Positions 27,524-38,400 of a stretch of DNA of 64,000 bases are shown here, in pieces (the first letter of the stretch is position 1; each line of letters starts with the position of its first letter). A program made the translations under genes and the position numbers. Where the stretch lies: positions 15,455-79,454 of the forward strand of contig JBGUWM010000172.1 in assembly GCA_045221175.1 (NCBI GenBank), given 5' to 3'. A model generated the notes under the pieces. That model had not been told where the DNA came from. It saw only the letters and a program-made list of their open reading frames with translations, and searched no databases. The DNA comes from Acutalibacteraceae bacterium (lineage in GTDB: Bacteria; Bacillota; Clostridia; Oscillospirales; Acutalibacteraceae).

Positions 27524-28354
27524 ATGAAAAAAAAGAGCTTAGTTTATTTGATAATATGCTTAATTGGAGCAATGATACTTGTTTCCTGCAGTAATAGTCC
27601 AAAGCCCGGGAATGACAACGAAGAATCAGACGCAACTGCTTCAGACATCAACATTAAGGTGAGTGAAGAATCTCACGAAGAAAAAATTGATAATGCGTTA
27701 ACATTGGAACAGGCAAAGCAGATCGTCAATGATTCCGAGACTGCAAAAGATGATAAGGGCGGCAGACTTTCATATATTATCAGTCAGTTCGTCAAGGTAC
27801 AGCAAAACAAGCCTGTAGAGGGTACAAATGGTTTGATGAAAGATGTCTTTTATTTGTACGATGATTCCGGTAAAACAAATGACAGAATTGAAATTGAAAG
27901 AAGAGGAAGTAACGGGACAGAAAGATTTGGCTCTGTGTTTTATGTCAAGTATGACGACAACGGTACGATGCTGAGTGAGGAGGTACTTTATAATACGGAT
28001 ATTGATGCCGCTAATGGACTAACACTTGACAAGGTAATGGAGATTGTAAAACAATCTGAAACAGAAGAAGTAAAACAAAAGTATGCATCGCAGAATGAAT
28101 TTATTTATAATGAATTGACCAAAATACAAAACAATGGACGGCAAATTGGTGATAACGGTGAACTATACTACGTTTTCATTCTGGAATCCGAGTCAATGGA
28201 TAAAATAAACAAAATAGCTATGTTGGTTCCAAACTTTGAATCTGATTCAGGAAATTCATTTGCCGGTGATACGAAGTTATATGTGGAAACTGAAGATGCA
28301 CATGAAAACATACTGACAAAGGAATTGATTTACGAAGTAAAGGTTAATGAATAA
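27524..28354 (+). CDS. putative lipoprotein, paralog of 26594..27421
   Basis: Signal peptide with lipobox LVSC and the same two-module layout (LTLEQAKQIVNDSET / LTLDKVMEIVKQSETEE). Confidence 0.6.
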   Translation: MKKKSLVYLIICLIGAMILVSCSNSPKPGNDNEESDATASDINIKVSEESHEEKIDNALTLEQAKQIVNDSETAKDDKGGRLSYIISQFVKVQQNKPVEGTNGLMKDVFYLYDDSGKTNDRIEIERRGSNGTERFGSVFYVKYDDNGTMLSEEVLYNTDIDAANGLTLDKVMEIVKQSETEEVKQKYASQNEFIYNELTKIQNNGRQIGDNGELYYVFILESESMDKINKIAMLVPNFESDSGNSFAGDTKLYVETEDAHENILTKELIYEVKVNE

Positions 28355-28360
28355 AAATTG

Positions 28361-28404
28361 TCCCCGACCACTGCACGACAATGCGGCGGTCGGGGATTCT
28401 TTTG
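28361..28404 (+). terminator. rho-independent terminator after the second lipoprotein gene
   Basis: TCCCCGAC ... GTCGGGGA stem followed by TTCTTTTGC. A near-identical hairpin without the T-run follows the first paralog (27437-27472). Confidence 0.6.
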
Positions 28405-28484
28405 CTCATAATTATTGATTGGTGATGCTCTATAAAAGCCTGCAAGCCAGTTTTTTAGCTTTCGACCGATCATTCACCCAAGAC

Positions 28485-28562
28485 GGGTGCAGGGAACTGG
28501 TTCCCTGCCGAGGGTTCCAAGGGGCGAGAAGCCCCTTGGTGGGTTTCAGGGCAAAGCACTGA
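28485..28562 (+). repeat. GC-rich three-hairpin intergenic repeat, copy D
   Basis: It matches copy A. The middle hairpin is CCAAGGGGC-GAGAA-GCCCCTTGG, with compensatory changes relative to CCCGGGGGC...GCCCCCGGG. It ends 1 nt from the ATPase stop codon. Confidence 0.85.
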
Positions 28563-28563
28563 T

Positions 28564-31185
28564 TTATCCTTTTTTGCGGGTGAGATATTTGATGAGGACA
28601 ACAATTTCGTGTACTACAACAGGTGCAAGTGAGATCAGTACCGCAAACAGCCACATGGACCATGTCATTCTGACCGTGCCGAAGATGTTCATCAGGAAGG
28701 GAATCTCTGTAACAGCTACCTGTCCAACTATGCCTACTGCCAGGGCAAGGAGCATGACTTTGTTGTCAAGGTGATTGAAACGGAAGGTGGAACGCTCGGT
28801 GTCACGCATACCGATGGCGTGGAACAACTCGGTTACTGCCAGCGTGCAGAAGGCAAGCGTCTGCGACTGCATGAGAATGTCTTTGTTGTTGTAAAGTTCA
28901 ATCAGCTTGCCCATGGAGAAGGGTGTGCCGGTGACAATCATTTCTCTGACAGGAGTGTAGAGGAAAGCAATCAGGGTGACAAGGGCAATGACAATGCTGT
29001 ACAGTCCGATTTTGAAGAAGCCGCCCCCGGCGAACAGTGACTCGCCGTTTTTGCGGGGCTTTTTGCTCATTACGTCAGAGGAAGAGTTGGGGTCTACGCC
29101 CAGCGCAAAGCAGGGCAGGGAGTCTGTCAGCAGATTGATCCACAAAATATGCACTGCTTTCAGCGGCGCTGCCAGACCTGCTACAATCGCAGCAAACATG
29201 ACAAGAATTTCGCTGACATTGGACGACAGGGCAAAGAGAATTGACTTTTTGACATTCTCATAAATATTTCTGCCTTCCTTGACAGCCTTTTCAATCGTTG
29301 TAAACTTGTCGTCCTGCAGAACGATATCAGCAGCTCCTTTGGCAACGTCTGTGCCGGTGATGCCCATGGCTACACCGACGTCGGCAGCCTTCAATGACGG
29401 AGCATCGTTTACGCCGTCGCCTGTCATACTGGCAATGTTGCCGTTTGCCTGAATTGCCTTGACGATCTTGACCTTATGCTCGGGGGATACCCTGGCGAAG
29501 ATGGACAAATCGGACACACGTTCTTTCAGCTCTTCGTCGGAAAGCTCGTCCAGTTCGTGTCCCATAATGCATTCTGAAGGCTTCTCGGCGATACCCAGCT
29601 TTTTAGCAATTGCCAGTGCAGTATCTTTGTGGTCGCCGGTGATCATAACGGTCTTGATGCCGGCTTTCTTGAAGGTGCGGATAGATTCCACTACTTCGGG
29701 TCGCTCGGGGTCGATCATGCCGATCATGCCGATATAGGTGAGGTTCTGCTCAACAGCGTCTTTGTTGCCCTCTCTTACAGCAAGAGACAGTACACGCAGG
29801 GCGTCATTGGACATTTCGGACATAGTTTTTGAAATCAGGGCAATATCACCGGCATTGATCTCACGGACGGTATCGCCCAGCCGAATGTGACTGCAGCGTG
29901 TGAGCAGTTCGTCTGTGGAACCTTTGGTAAAGGAAATGATTTTTCCGTCCGGTGTGGTGTGAACGGTTGTCATCAGTTTTCTGTCAGAATCAAATGCCTT
30001 TTCGTTAATGCGGGGCATTGTCTTTTCTGCATCGGCTTTTTCGATTCCATAACGCTTTGCAAAGGCAACCAGAGCCGTTTCGGTGGGATCGCCTACTTCT
30101 GTTCCGTCAGATGCAATGGAAGCGTCATTACAGAGCATAAAGCCCTTCAACAGCGTATCGTATTTTGACTTGTCGAGGGTTTCAAGATCAATATACTGAC
30201 CGTTTTCAAATGCTTTGACAACGGTCATTCTGTTTTGGGTGAGCGTACCGGTTTTGTCGGAGCATACATAGCTGACAGCGCCAAGGGTTTCTACAGCAGG
30301 CATATTTTTGACAATGGCATTGACTTTTGCCATACGCTGCATACCCAGCGCCAGTACGATAGTAACGATGGTGGGAATGCCTTCCGGGATAGCCGCAACT
30401 GCCAGTGATACAGCCGTCATCAGAAGCTCCAGAATTTCACGGCCCTGCAGCAGTCCGATCAGGAATACCACGGCACAGATAATGATAACGGCGATTCCCA
30501 ATACCTTGCTCAGACCGTCCATACCCTTCTGCAGCGGAGACGGCTTGTCCTTTTCTTTGCCGACCATGTCAGCAATCTTACCGATTTCGGTATCCATGCC
30601 CACCCTGCAAACTTCACCGATGCCTCTGCCGTAGGTGACAATGGTGGACATATACGCCAGATCCAGTCTGTCGCCGATGCCGGTTTTTTCGTCGGGTACA
30701 AAGCTGCTGTCCTTTTCAACAGGAACAGACTCGCCTGTCAGCGCCTTTTCGTCAATTTGCAAACGGGCGCATTCCAGCAGCTTTAAGTCTGCAGGTACCT
30801 GTTTGCCGGCTTCCAACACGACAATATCGCCTACAACCAGTTCTTCAGATGATATCTCTTTGGTTTCGCCGTCACGAATGACTGTGGCTTTCAGTACCGA
30901 CATCTTTTTCAGTGCGTCCAGTGCTTTTTGTGCTTTACCCTCCTGCACAACGCCGATGATAGCGTTGGCAATCACGATCACAAGCATGATGACTGCTTCT
31001 CCGTAATCATGCAGAATAATGGAGATGATGATTGCAGCCGCCAGGATGGCATTGGTGAAGTTCAGAATCTGTTCCATGAACATTCTGAACACTGTTTTCG
31101 GCTTTTCTTCACGAAGACAGTTTCTTCCGTTTTCGGCAAGCCGTTTCTGGGCTTCTTCCTGCGTAAGCCCTTTTAGCTTTTCCAT
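28564..31185 (-). CDS. P-type cation-transporting ATPase (Ca2+-ATPase, P2A/P2B-like)
   Basis: 873-aa ORF with the phosphorylation motif CSDKTGTLTQN, the hinge TGDGVNDAPSLKAADVG and TGES in the actuator domain. Confidence 0.9.
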   Translation of the reverse strand: MEKLKGLTQEEAQKRLAENGRNCLREEKPKTVFRMFMEQILNFTNAILAAAIIISIILHDYGEAVIMLVIVIANAIIGVVQEGKAQKALDALKKMSVLKATVIRDGETKEISSEELVVGDIVVLEAGKQVPADLKLLECARLQIDEKALTGESVPVEKDSSFVPDEKTGIGDRLDLAYMSTIVTYGRGIGEVCRVGMDTEIGKIADMVGKEKDKPSPLQKGMDGLSKVLGIAVIIICAVVFLIGLLQGREILELLMTAVSLAVAAIPEGIPTIVTIVLALGMQRMAKVNAIVKNMPAVETLGAVSYVCSDKTGTLTQNRMTVVKAFENGQYIDLETLDKSKYDTLLKGFMLCNDASIASDGTEVGDPTETALVAFAKRYGIEKADAEKTMPRINEKAFDSDRKLMTTVHTTPDGKIISFTKGSTDELLTRCSHIRLGDTVREINAGDIALISKTMSEMSNDALRVLSLAVREGNKDAVEQNLTYIGMIGMIDPERPEVVESIRTFKKAGIKTVMITGDHKDTALAIAKKLGIAEKPSECIMGHELDELSDEELKERVSDLSIFARVSPEHKVKIVKAIQANGNIASMTGDGVNDAPSLKAADVGVAMGITGTDVAKGAADIVLQDDKFTTIEKAVKEGRNIYENVKKSILFALSSNVSEILVMFAAIVAGLAAPLKAVHILWINLLTDSLPCFALGVDPNSSSDVMSKKPRKNGESLFAGGGFFKIGLYSIVIALVTLIAFLYTPVREMIVTGTPFSMGKLIELYNNKDILMQSQTLAFCTLAVTELFHAIGMRDTERSTFRFNHLDNKVMLLALAVGIVGQVAVTEIPFLMNIFGTVRMTWSMWLFAVLISLAPVVVHEIVVLIKYLTRKKG

Positions 31186-31304
31186 GATAATTCCCTCTCT
31201 TTTATTTTTTTCTGCTTTCAGCAGCTATTCATATTTTAGAAGATTATAGTTGTAAAATCAATAGCAGAAGATGACGTTTCTTTGACTTCACAGGATAAAA
31301 TAAT

Positions 31305-31352
31305 CGAAAAACAGCACTTCTCCTGCTTTCACAAAGAGAAGTGCCGTCTTTT
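31305..31352 (-). terminator. bidirectional-looking intrinsic terminator downstream of the NhaC-family gene
   Basis: GCACTTCTC (31314-31322) pairs with GAGAAGTGC (31336-31344). It is flanked by an A-run on one side and a T-run on the other. Confidence 0.6.
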
Positions 31353-31374
31353 TATAGACTTTGAGTATGATTGA

Positions 31375-33063
31375 TCACTTTTTGTCTTTGCTTACTGCTT
31401 TTTTTGAACCTGTTTTTTTCGATACAGGTCCGGCAATCACTCTGATGATGAACAGAAGCGCAATCATCAGGACAATGGATACGCCCAGCACCACAAAGAC
31501 GTTCTGTACAAAGCCTGCCAGCAGATATCCCAGAGCGGAAACACCGGCTACCGTCATGGCATAGGGCAACTGTGTGGAAACATGATTGACATGGTCGCAT
31601 TGTGCGCCGGTTGACGCCATAATGGTGGTATCGGAAATGGGTGAGCAGTGGTCGCCGCAGACAGCGCCTGCCAGACAAGCGGAAATGCAGACAATAACCA
31701 TAGCAGGAATACCGTTTTCGGCAGCATTGACAAGCTGATCTCCGAATACGCCTGTGACAATCGGGATCAGAATACCAAAGGTTCCCCATGAAGTGCCGGT
31801 TGCAAAGGAAAGCCCCAGTGCAACTACGAACAGCAGCAGCGGCAGCAGAACCTGAATGGCAGTTGCGTTTTCAACAATGCCCTTGACAAATGCGCCTGCG
31901 CCAAGTGTGTTGGTCATGGATTTCAGTGTCCATGCAAAGACAAGAATCAGAATGGCAGGAACCATCTGCTTGAAGCCTGCAACAAGGGATTCCATGCACT
32001 CGTTGAATTTCAGTACACGGCGCAGTATGAAATAGATCATGATCACGATCAAAGCGCCGATAGAACCTACGGACAGTCCGTAAGAAGCATCACAGTCGGC
32101 AAAGGCGTCGATAATATTGGCGCCGCTGAAAATACCGCCGGTATAAAGCATTCCCAATACGCAGAAGGCAATGAGAATGATAACCGGAAGGACCAGGTCA
32201 ATTACCTTGCCTTTGGAGGTGCTGGGCTGAGCGTCCTGATCATAAACACTGTTGCGTGTGGTGAAAAGATCGCCTTTTGCAGCGTTCAGCTCATGCGTCC
32301 TCATCGGCCCGTAATCAACATTGGCAACGGCAATAAAGATGACCATGATCAGCGTCAGAATGGCGTAGAGATTATAGGGAATGGTGCTGATAAACAGTTG
32401 AATGCCGTTAACGCCCTTAACCGTTCCGCTGACGGCGGCTGCCCATGATGAAATGGGCGCTATGATGCAGATGGGGGCGGCGGTTGAGTCGATCAGATAT
32501 GCCAGCTTGGAGCGGGAAATCTGATGTTTGTCTGTAACAGGACGCATAACGGAACCGACGGTCAGACAGTTGAAATAGTCGTCTACAAAGATCAGCACAC
32601 CCAAAAAGAAGGTGGAGAGGGCAGCGCCTACACGGGTTTTGATGTGTCTGGAGGCCCATTCTCCGTAAGCACGGCTGCCGCCTGCTTTGTTCATCAGCAC
32701 CACGATACAGCCCAGCATTACCAGAAAAATCAGGATCCCCACGTTATAACTGTCTGAGATGTTTGAGATCAGTCCGTCCTTGACAACATAGTTCATCACG
32801 CCTTCAAAGCCTGTTCCGTAGGATACGGCGGCTATGATGGCGCCCGAGAGAATGCCAAAGAACAGCGAGGAGTAAACTTCTTTGGTGATCAGTGCCAGCC
32901 CGATGGCTATGATCGGCGGTAACAGCGACCACATGGAGCCTATGGCTGTTTCTCCGTCCATGTGGACGGCTTGTGTAATCGGCGTCTGTACAAAGCAGAA
33001 TACGATATACACCAGAATAGCACCGACGAAGATCAGATTCTTAATCAGTTTCTTCTTGTTCAT
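31375..33063 (-). CDS. Na+/H+ antiporter NhaC-family membrane protein
   Basis: 562-aa polytopic ORF. The N-terminal SLLPPIIAIGLALITKEVYSSLFFGI segment is typical of NhaC-family annotations. Confidence 0.7.
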   Translation of the reverse strand: MNKKKLIKNLIFVGAILVYIVFCFVQTPITQAVHMDGETAIGSMWSLLPPIIAIGLALITKEVYSSLFFGILSGAIIAAVSYGTGFEGVMNYVVKDGLISNISDSYNVGILIFLVMLGCIVVLMNKAGGSRAYGEWASRHIKTRVGAALSTFFLGVLIFVDDYFNCLTVGSVMRPVTDKHQISRSKLAYLIDSTAAPICIIAPISSWAAAVSGTVKGVNGIQLFISTIPYNLYAILTLIMVIFIAVANVDYGPMRTHELNAAKGDLFTTRNSVYDQDAQPSTSKGKVIDLVLPVIILIAFCVLGMLYTGGIFSGANIIDAFADCDASYGLSVGSIGALIVIMIYFILRRVLKFNECMESLVAGFKQMVPAILILVFAWTLKSMTNTLGAGAFVKGIVENATAIQVLLPLLLFVVALGLSFATGTSWGTFGILIPIVTGVFGDQLVNAAENGIPAMVIVCISACLAGAVCGDHCSPISDTTIMASTGAQCDHVNHVSTQLPYAMTVAGVSALGYLLAGFVQNVFVVLGVSIVLMIALLFIIRVIAGPVSKKTGSKKAVSKDKK

Positions 33064-33320
33064 GTTTTAATCTGCCTTTCTTTTTTATTATCCGACAAAC
33101 AAAGCTGTTTTGTCAAAAAGATGTTTATATAGTAGCATATTACAAAAAAATATTCAAGAATCTTTGATGATTTTGATTGTTATTGTTAATATTGCTGAAT
33201 TGCTATCATCAATTTTTGACAATATCACCGTTTATGCCTGTGTATCTGACGTTTTCGGAATATGACCGGGGAAAAAAGGTGTTTTTAGACAGATTATTCT
33301 ATTTATTTATGAAATATTGC

Positions 33321-33350
33321 TTGAAATAAATACAGGGGATTTGTTATAAT
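33321..33350 (+). promoter_or_regulatory. sigma-A-type promoter candidate (TTGAAA-18-TATAAT, TG-extended)
   Basis: TTGAAA at 33321-33326 and TGTTATAAT at 33342-33350. Confidence 0.45.
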
Positions 33351-33383
33351 AGAATATACTTTATATGAAAGGAGGAGAAAATC

Positions 33384-34769
33384 TTGGAGAAGATTTTCAA
33401 ATTAAAACAGAACGGTACTACCGTTCGTACAGAAATCATCGCCGGTATAACGACCTTTTTCTCGATGGCGTATATTCTGGCAGTCAACCCGAGCATTCTC
33501 TCGGCGTCAGGAATGCCTTCTCAGGCGGTTTTTGCTGCAACGGCAGTGTCGGCTGCTTTTGCTACCCTGATTATGGCATTTTTTGCAAACTATCCTGTTG
33601 TACTTGCTTCCGGTATGGGACTGAATGCGTACTTTGCATTCTCTGTTGTTCCTCAGCTTGCAGAACAGGGTGTGACCGATCCGTGGCAGGTTGCTTTGAC
33701 GGCTATTCTGACGGAGGGTATTATTTTCATTCTGCTGTCAATCGTTAAATTCAGAGAAACGCTGGTTAACAAAGTGCCTGAAAACCTGAAGCTTGGTATC
33801 TCTGCCGGTATTGGTTTATTCATCGTAGTGGTTGGTATGAGAGGCGCTAAAATCGTTGTTGCCAATGATTCTACGCTGACAGGCTTCGGCAACTTCGGTT
33901 CACCTGAGGTTGCTCTTGCATTGCTGGGCTTTCTGATTATTGCCATTCTATGGCATTTTAAGGTAAAAGGCGCTATTCTGATCGGAATTGTTGCGACATG
34001 GCTGTTAGGTATGGTAGCTGAGCTGGCCGGCTGGTATCATGTTGACGCTGCTGCAGGCGTATATTCGGTTATTCCGAATTTTGAGGGCTATTCGGTTTTC
34101 GCTCCGGTTCAGTCCATGGCAACCGAAACCTGCTTCAAGTTTAATTTTGAATATGTTGCGCTGAATCCTCTGAACTTCATCGTCGTTGTCTTTTCGTTCT
34201 TGTTTATCGACTTGTTCGATACAGTCGGTACCCTGATCGGCGTCGCTCAGGAATGTAATATGCTCAACGAAAAAGGCGAACTGCCCAGAGTAGGACGGGC
34301 TTTGATGGCAGACGCAGTTGGTACGGTAGCAGGCGCTGTGCTGGGTACCTCTACGGTTACTTCCTATGTAGAATCAACGACCGGTGTTGCCGAGGGCGGC
34401 AGAACAGGTCTTACCGCGTTGACATCGGCGGTTTTGTTCCTGCTCTCTTTGACGCTTTATCCCATCTTCCTTGCCATTCCCTCCTTTGCAACGGCTCCTG
34501 CCTTGATGTTCGTTGGTCTGTTGATGATGAAAAATATTACAAGAATGAGCTTTGATAAGGATATTGCCGATACAATCAGTGGGTTCCTGGCAATTATCAT
34601 GATGCCCTTTACCAACTCCATCGCAAACGGCATTATGTTCGGAATCGTATTCTGGGTTATCCTCAAGGTTATCACAGGCAAGATCAAAGAGGTTCACCCT
34701 GTCATGTGGGTATCCTTTGCTCTGTTTGCTATCAGAATTGTCACGATGATCATGGGAGTGGCGTCGTAG
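33384..34769 (+). CDS. NCS2-family purine (adenine/guanine/hypoxanthine) permease, AzgA/PbuG-like
   Basis: 461-aa ORF with a TTG start 6 nt after AAAGGAGGAG. The N-terminus FKLKQNGTTVRTEIIAGITTFFSMAYILAVNP is characteristic. Confidence 0.85.
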   Translation: MEKIFKLKQNGTTVRTEIIAGITTFFSMAYILAVNPSILSASGMPSQAVFAATAVSAAFATLIMAFFANYPVVLASGMGLNAYFAFSVVPQLAEQGVTDPWQVALTAILTEGIIFILLSIVKFRETLVNKVPENLKLGISAGIGLFIVVVGMRGAKIVVANDSTLTGFGNFGSPEVALALLGFLIIAILWHFKVKGAILIGIVATWLLGMVAELAGWYHVDAAAGVYSVIPNFEGYSVFAPVQSMATETCFKFNFEYVALNPLNFIVVVFSFLFIDLFDTVGTLIGVAQECNMLNEKGELPRVGRALMADAVGTVAGAVLGTSTVTSYVESTTGVAEGGRTGLTALTSAVLFLLSLTLYPIFLAIPSFATAPALMFVGLLMMKNITRMSFDKDIADTISGFLAIIMMPFTNSIANGIMFGIVFWVILKVITGKIKEVHPVMWVSFALFAIRIVTMIMGVAS

Positions 34770-34796
34770 AATCTCTGACAGAATTGGTGGTCTTGT

Positions 34797-35330
34797 ATGG
34801 AAATTTGTACCAAACGCCTTCGGCTGGTTGAGCTGACAACGGCGTTTCTTGACAGCTTCGCTGAATTTGCCGTTGGGAATGAACACATTCAGATGATGGT
34901 CTACTTCCCAAAGGACAGCCGGGAAGAATTGTTATCCTATCTGATGCAGGCAGAAAAAGAACACAAAAAAGCCGATCCGGAGTTTCGTGACTTTGCGGTA
35001 TTGTATCACGGAAAACTGATCGGCTGTGTTACCATGTATTTTGAAGGGCACACTGACAGAGGTGAGCTGGGGTGGATCATTCGCAGAGAATACCGGGGCA
35101 AGGGCTTTGCGTCTGAGGCTGCCGAGGCTTTGATGCGTTATTTTCATCAGAATTACGGCATTTGCCGCTTTATCGCTCAATGTGACAGTGAGAATGCCGC
35201 TTCCAGAAGGGTCATTCAGAAGTTGGGAATGCGCTATCAGGAAACACACGGCGGCAGGTTTAACCGCGGTTCGCCTGACGAACGGCAGGAAGAACTGTAT
35301 GAAATCTTTTATACAGACAATCCATCATAA
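34797..35330 (+). CDS. GNAT family N-acetyltransferase (RimJ/RimL-like)
   Basis: 177-aa ORF with YRGKGFASEAAEAL and N.AS.RV..KLGM motifs. Confidence 0.8.
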   Translation: MEICTKRLRLVELTTAFLDSFAEFAVGNEHIQMMVYFPKDSREELLSYLMQAEKEHKKADPEFRDFAVLYHGKLIGCVTMYFEGHTDRGELGWIIRREYRGKGFASEAAEALMRYFHQNYGICRFIAQCDSENAASRRVIQKLGMRYQETHGGRFNRGSPDERQEELYEIFYTDNPS

Positions 35331-35403
35331 ACACGCTATTATCCAAAAAGCAGGACGGCACAGCCTTTTCGGCTGTGCCGTCCTTTCTGTTTGCCGTTTT
35401 GTA

Positions 35404-38400
35404 TCACTTGGTAACGGTTACTGTAAAGTCTTTTGAAACAATGGTTCCGGCGGCGTCTTTTACTTTGACACGGATATCATAGGCAGTTGCCGCAGCGGGG
35501 GTAACGGTCGTTTTTGCGGTAGTGCTGTAAGAACTGACCTTTGTGTATTCTGTTGAAGAAGCTTTCTTGTAATAAACAGAATACTGATAAGGTGTTGTGC
35601 CGCCTGATGCCGCACCGGTAACCGTCACGCTTTTGCCAAGGGTAATGGTTGTAGCCGAAACGGTGGATTTGTTGGTCAGAGTAGATGAGGAAGCCTTGTT
35701 GACGGTGACGGTCAGATCCTTTGAAACGACTGTTCCGACAGAATCCTTGACCTTCACACGAATGGTATATTTGACAGCGGCTGCAGGCGTGAGCTTAACA
35801 GTTTTGTTTGTGCTGTAGGCTTGCGCTGTAGAGAAGCTGTCAGAGGTTGCTTTCTTGTAGTAAACAGCGAACTGATAGGGGGAAGTGCCGCCTGATGCAG
35901 TGCAGTTTACGGTAACGCTGCTTCCCTGCGTAATGGAAGTAGCCCCCAGTGAAGAGGTGTTTGTCAGGGCGGTAGAAGCTTTTTTGACGGTTACGACAAA
36001 GTCTTTGTTGACAACCGCACCCTTGCTGTCCTTGACCTTCACTCTGAAATCATAGGAAGTAGCGGTGGCAGGTGTTACGGTCATAGTAGCGGACGTGCTG
36101 TAATCTCTGATTCTTGAATATGTAGCGGAAGTGGTTTTCTTATAATATGCTGCATACTGATAGGGTGAAGTGCCGCCGGAAGCTTTGCCGGTGATGGTGA
36201 CGGTCTTGCCCAGTGTAATGCTTGTGGCACTGAGGGTGGAATTGTTTGCCAGAGCCGATGTAGTACCGCTGACGTTAAGGGTAAAGTCTTTTGTGGCGGT
36301 TGTGCCGGCGCTGTCCTTTACCTTTACTCTGATGTTATAGGTTACAGCCGCTGCCGGTGTTACCTTTACGCTGCTGTTTGTGCTGTAAGCCTGCACGGTG
36401 GTATAGGAGGAGGAAGTGCTCTTTTTGTAGTAAACAGCATACTGATAAGGCGAACTGCCGCCGGAGGCTGCTGCCGTAACGGTAGCGGAGCTGCCAAGTG
36501 CGATGGAGGCTGCACTGATTTTAGAGGTGTTGGTCAGCTTATCACCTGTGTTCTGGCTGACAGTCAGTGTAAATATCTTGTCTTTCTGCGTGTTTTTGCT
36601 GTCTTTTACCGTAACCTTGACGGTATAGGTTCCTACGGCTGTGGGCGTTACCTTTACGGAAGTGCCGGAAGAGAACGCCTGAACGGTTGTATAGCTGCTG
36701 TCGGAAGAAAGCTTGTACGCTACCTGATACTGGTAGGGAGCTGTTCCGCCGGCTGCTGCGGCGCTGACGGTGGCGCTCTCGCCTAATTTGACGGAGGTGG
36801 CGGATAGTGTGGAATTGTTTTCCAGCGGATCGCTGACAGAAGTATTTTTGTAGATGTAATTGACAGTGATATCTGTTGCCGTAAATAAACCGGAAGCATT
36901 GGTTGGTGTGGTGACCAGCTCGTAGCCGGTGAAGGTTTTGGCTGAAGTTGTGTAAGAATTAACGCCGTCCGCAATGCCTGTCAGTGTTTCTTTACCCAGA
37001 ACGGTTCCGTCCTGTGTGGTATAGCGGACGTTTACTTTGCCTGTCTGGTAGATTTTGCCGCCCTTGATCCATACCTCACCGCTGACAGAATAGCCTGTTG
37101 ATCCCACGCCTGCGGGGTCCTGAGAACCGTTGTTATTGTTATTGGCAATGAACAGTGCTGTGCCGTCATAGTCTACAGTTCCCACATACCAGCCGCTTCC
37201 TTCGCTTGTCATGGATCTGCCAGGCCATGCGCCTGTCAACTGAGTGGCTGTTGTGCCGCTTTCGGTATATACATACATATTCACTGCGGACCAGCCGGCA
37301 GAATTATAGTAATGCACCTTCAGGGTCTGAACCTCGGCTTCACGATACTTGAAGATGACGGTTGTTCCGCCTGGTGCAAATTTGCCTGTAGCGTTGGTTG
37401 TCAGGCTTTCGTCGCACTCATAGCCCTTGATTGTCTTAGGCGTTACGCTGTACGATGTGCCGATCAGACCGGACTTGACATCATCGGACGCAATGGATGC
37501 GCCGGTTTCAGCGTCCTGATATTTAACGGTAACGGTGCTGTATTTGGAAGTATCCAGCTCGTAATAATAGGTAACGGTCGTACCGCTCTTGGTGAAAGTT
37601 CCGGTTGTTGCGCCGGATACGGAGCTGACGGTGTAACCCTGATTCAGCAGCTCTGCAAGGGGAGAGGTGCTGTAGGAAGCGCCTTCCTTGCCTTTCAGTG
37701 TTTCTGTCTTGTAGGTTGAGCTGTTGGACTTGAGAATATGATTGACGGTTACCGTGCCGCCTGAGGCAATAACGGTGTTGTCAAAGCTTGTTTTGTCAAC
37801 CAATACCATAGTGGAACGGGCAGGAACGGTTACGGTACTGCCCGACGTACCCAGTGACGTGACGCCGGCAGAAGAACCGTCTGCGATGATGACCCACTGC
37901 GACGGCAGTGTTTTGGTGTCAAAGGTCATCAGCTTGACTGATTTGGCGCTGGCGTTGGCGTTGTGAATAACAGCAACATAATCCCATTCGCTGCCCGGGT
38001 TGATGGTGTTGTACATGGTGAATGCCACAACACCTGACGGGAAGTTGTCGCCCCATGCAAAGTACATAGTGGCATTGCTGGCGTTAGTGGGATCACGGAA
38101 GGGAGAATACGCCTTGCGGATCTCGATAAGCCCCTTGTAATAAGCCAGAAGGTCAGCGTAGGTTTTGGTGTTGGACCAAACGAGCTGATTGGTAGCGGTG
38201 GGAGACTTATAGCTGTTTTCATCACCGTACTTTGTCCGGGCAAACTCTTCGCCTGCCTGGAAGAAGGACATTCCCTGTGCTGTCAGGATAATGCCGCCTG
38301 CCAGCTTGTTCATGGCGACAAGGTCGTCATAGCGGTTGCCGTAGCCTGAGCCGCCCTTGACGGATTTGACCAGCTTATCATAAAGTGTGTAGTTGTCGTG

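Noticed and set aside
33100-33383. Purine riboswitch upstream of the NCS2 permease.
   Set aside because: The region is AT-rich with a promoter about 35 nt from the start. No purine-riboswitch three-way junction consensus is visible.
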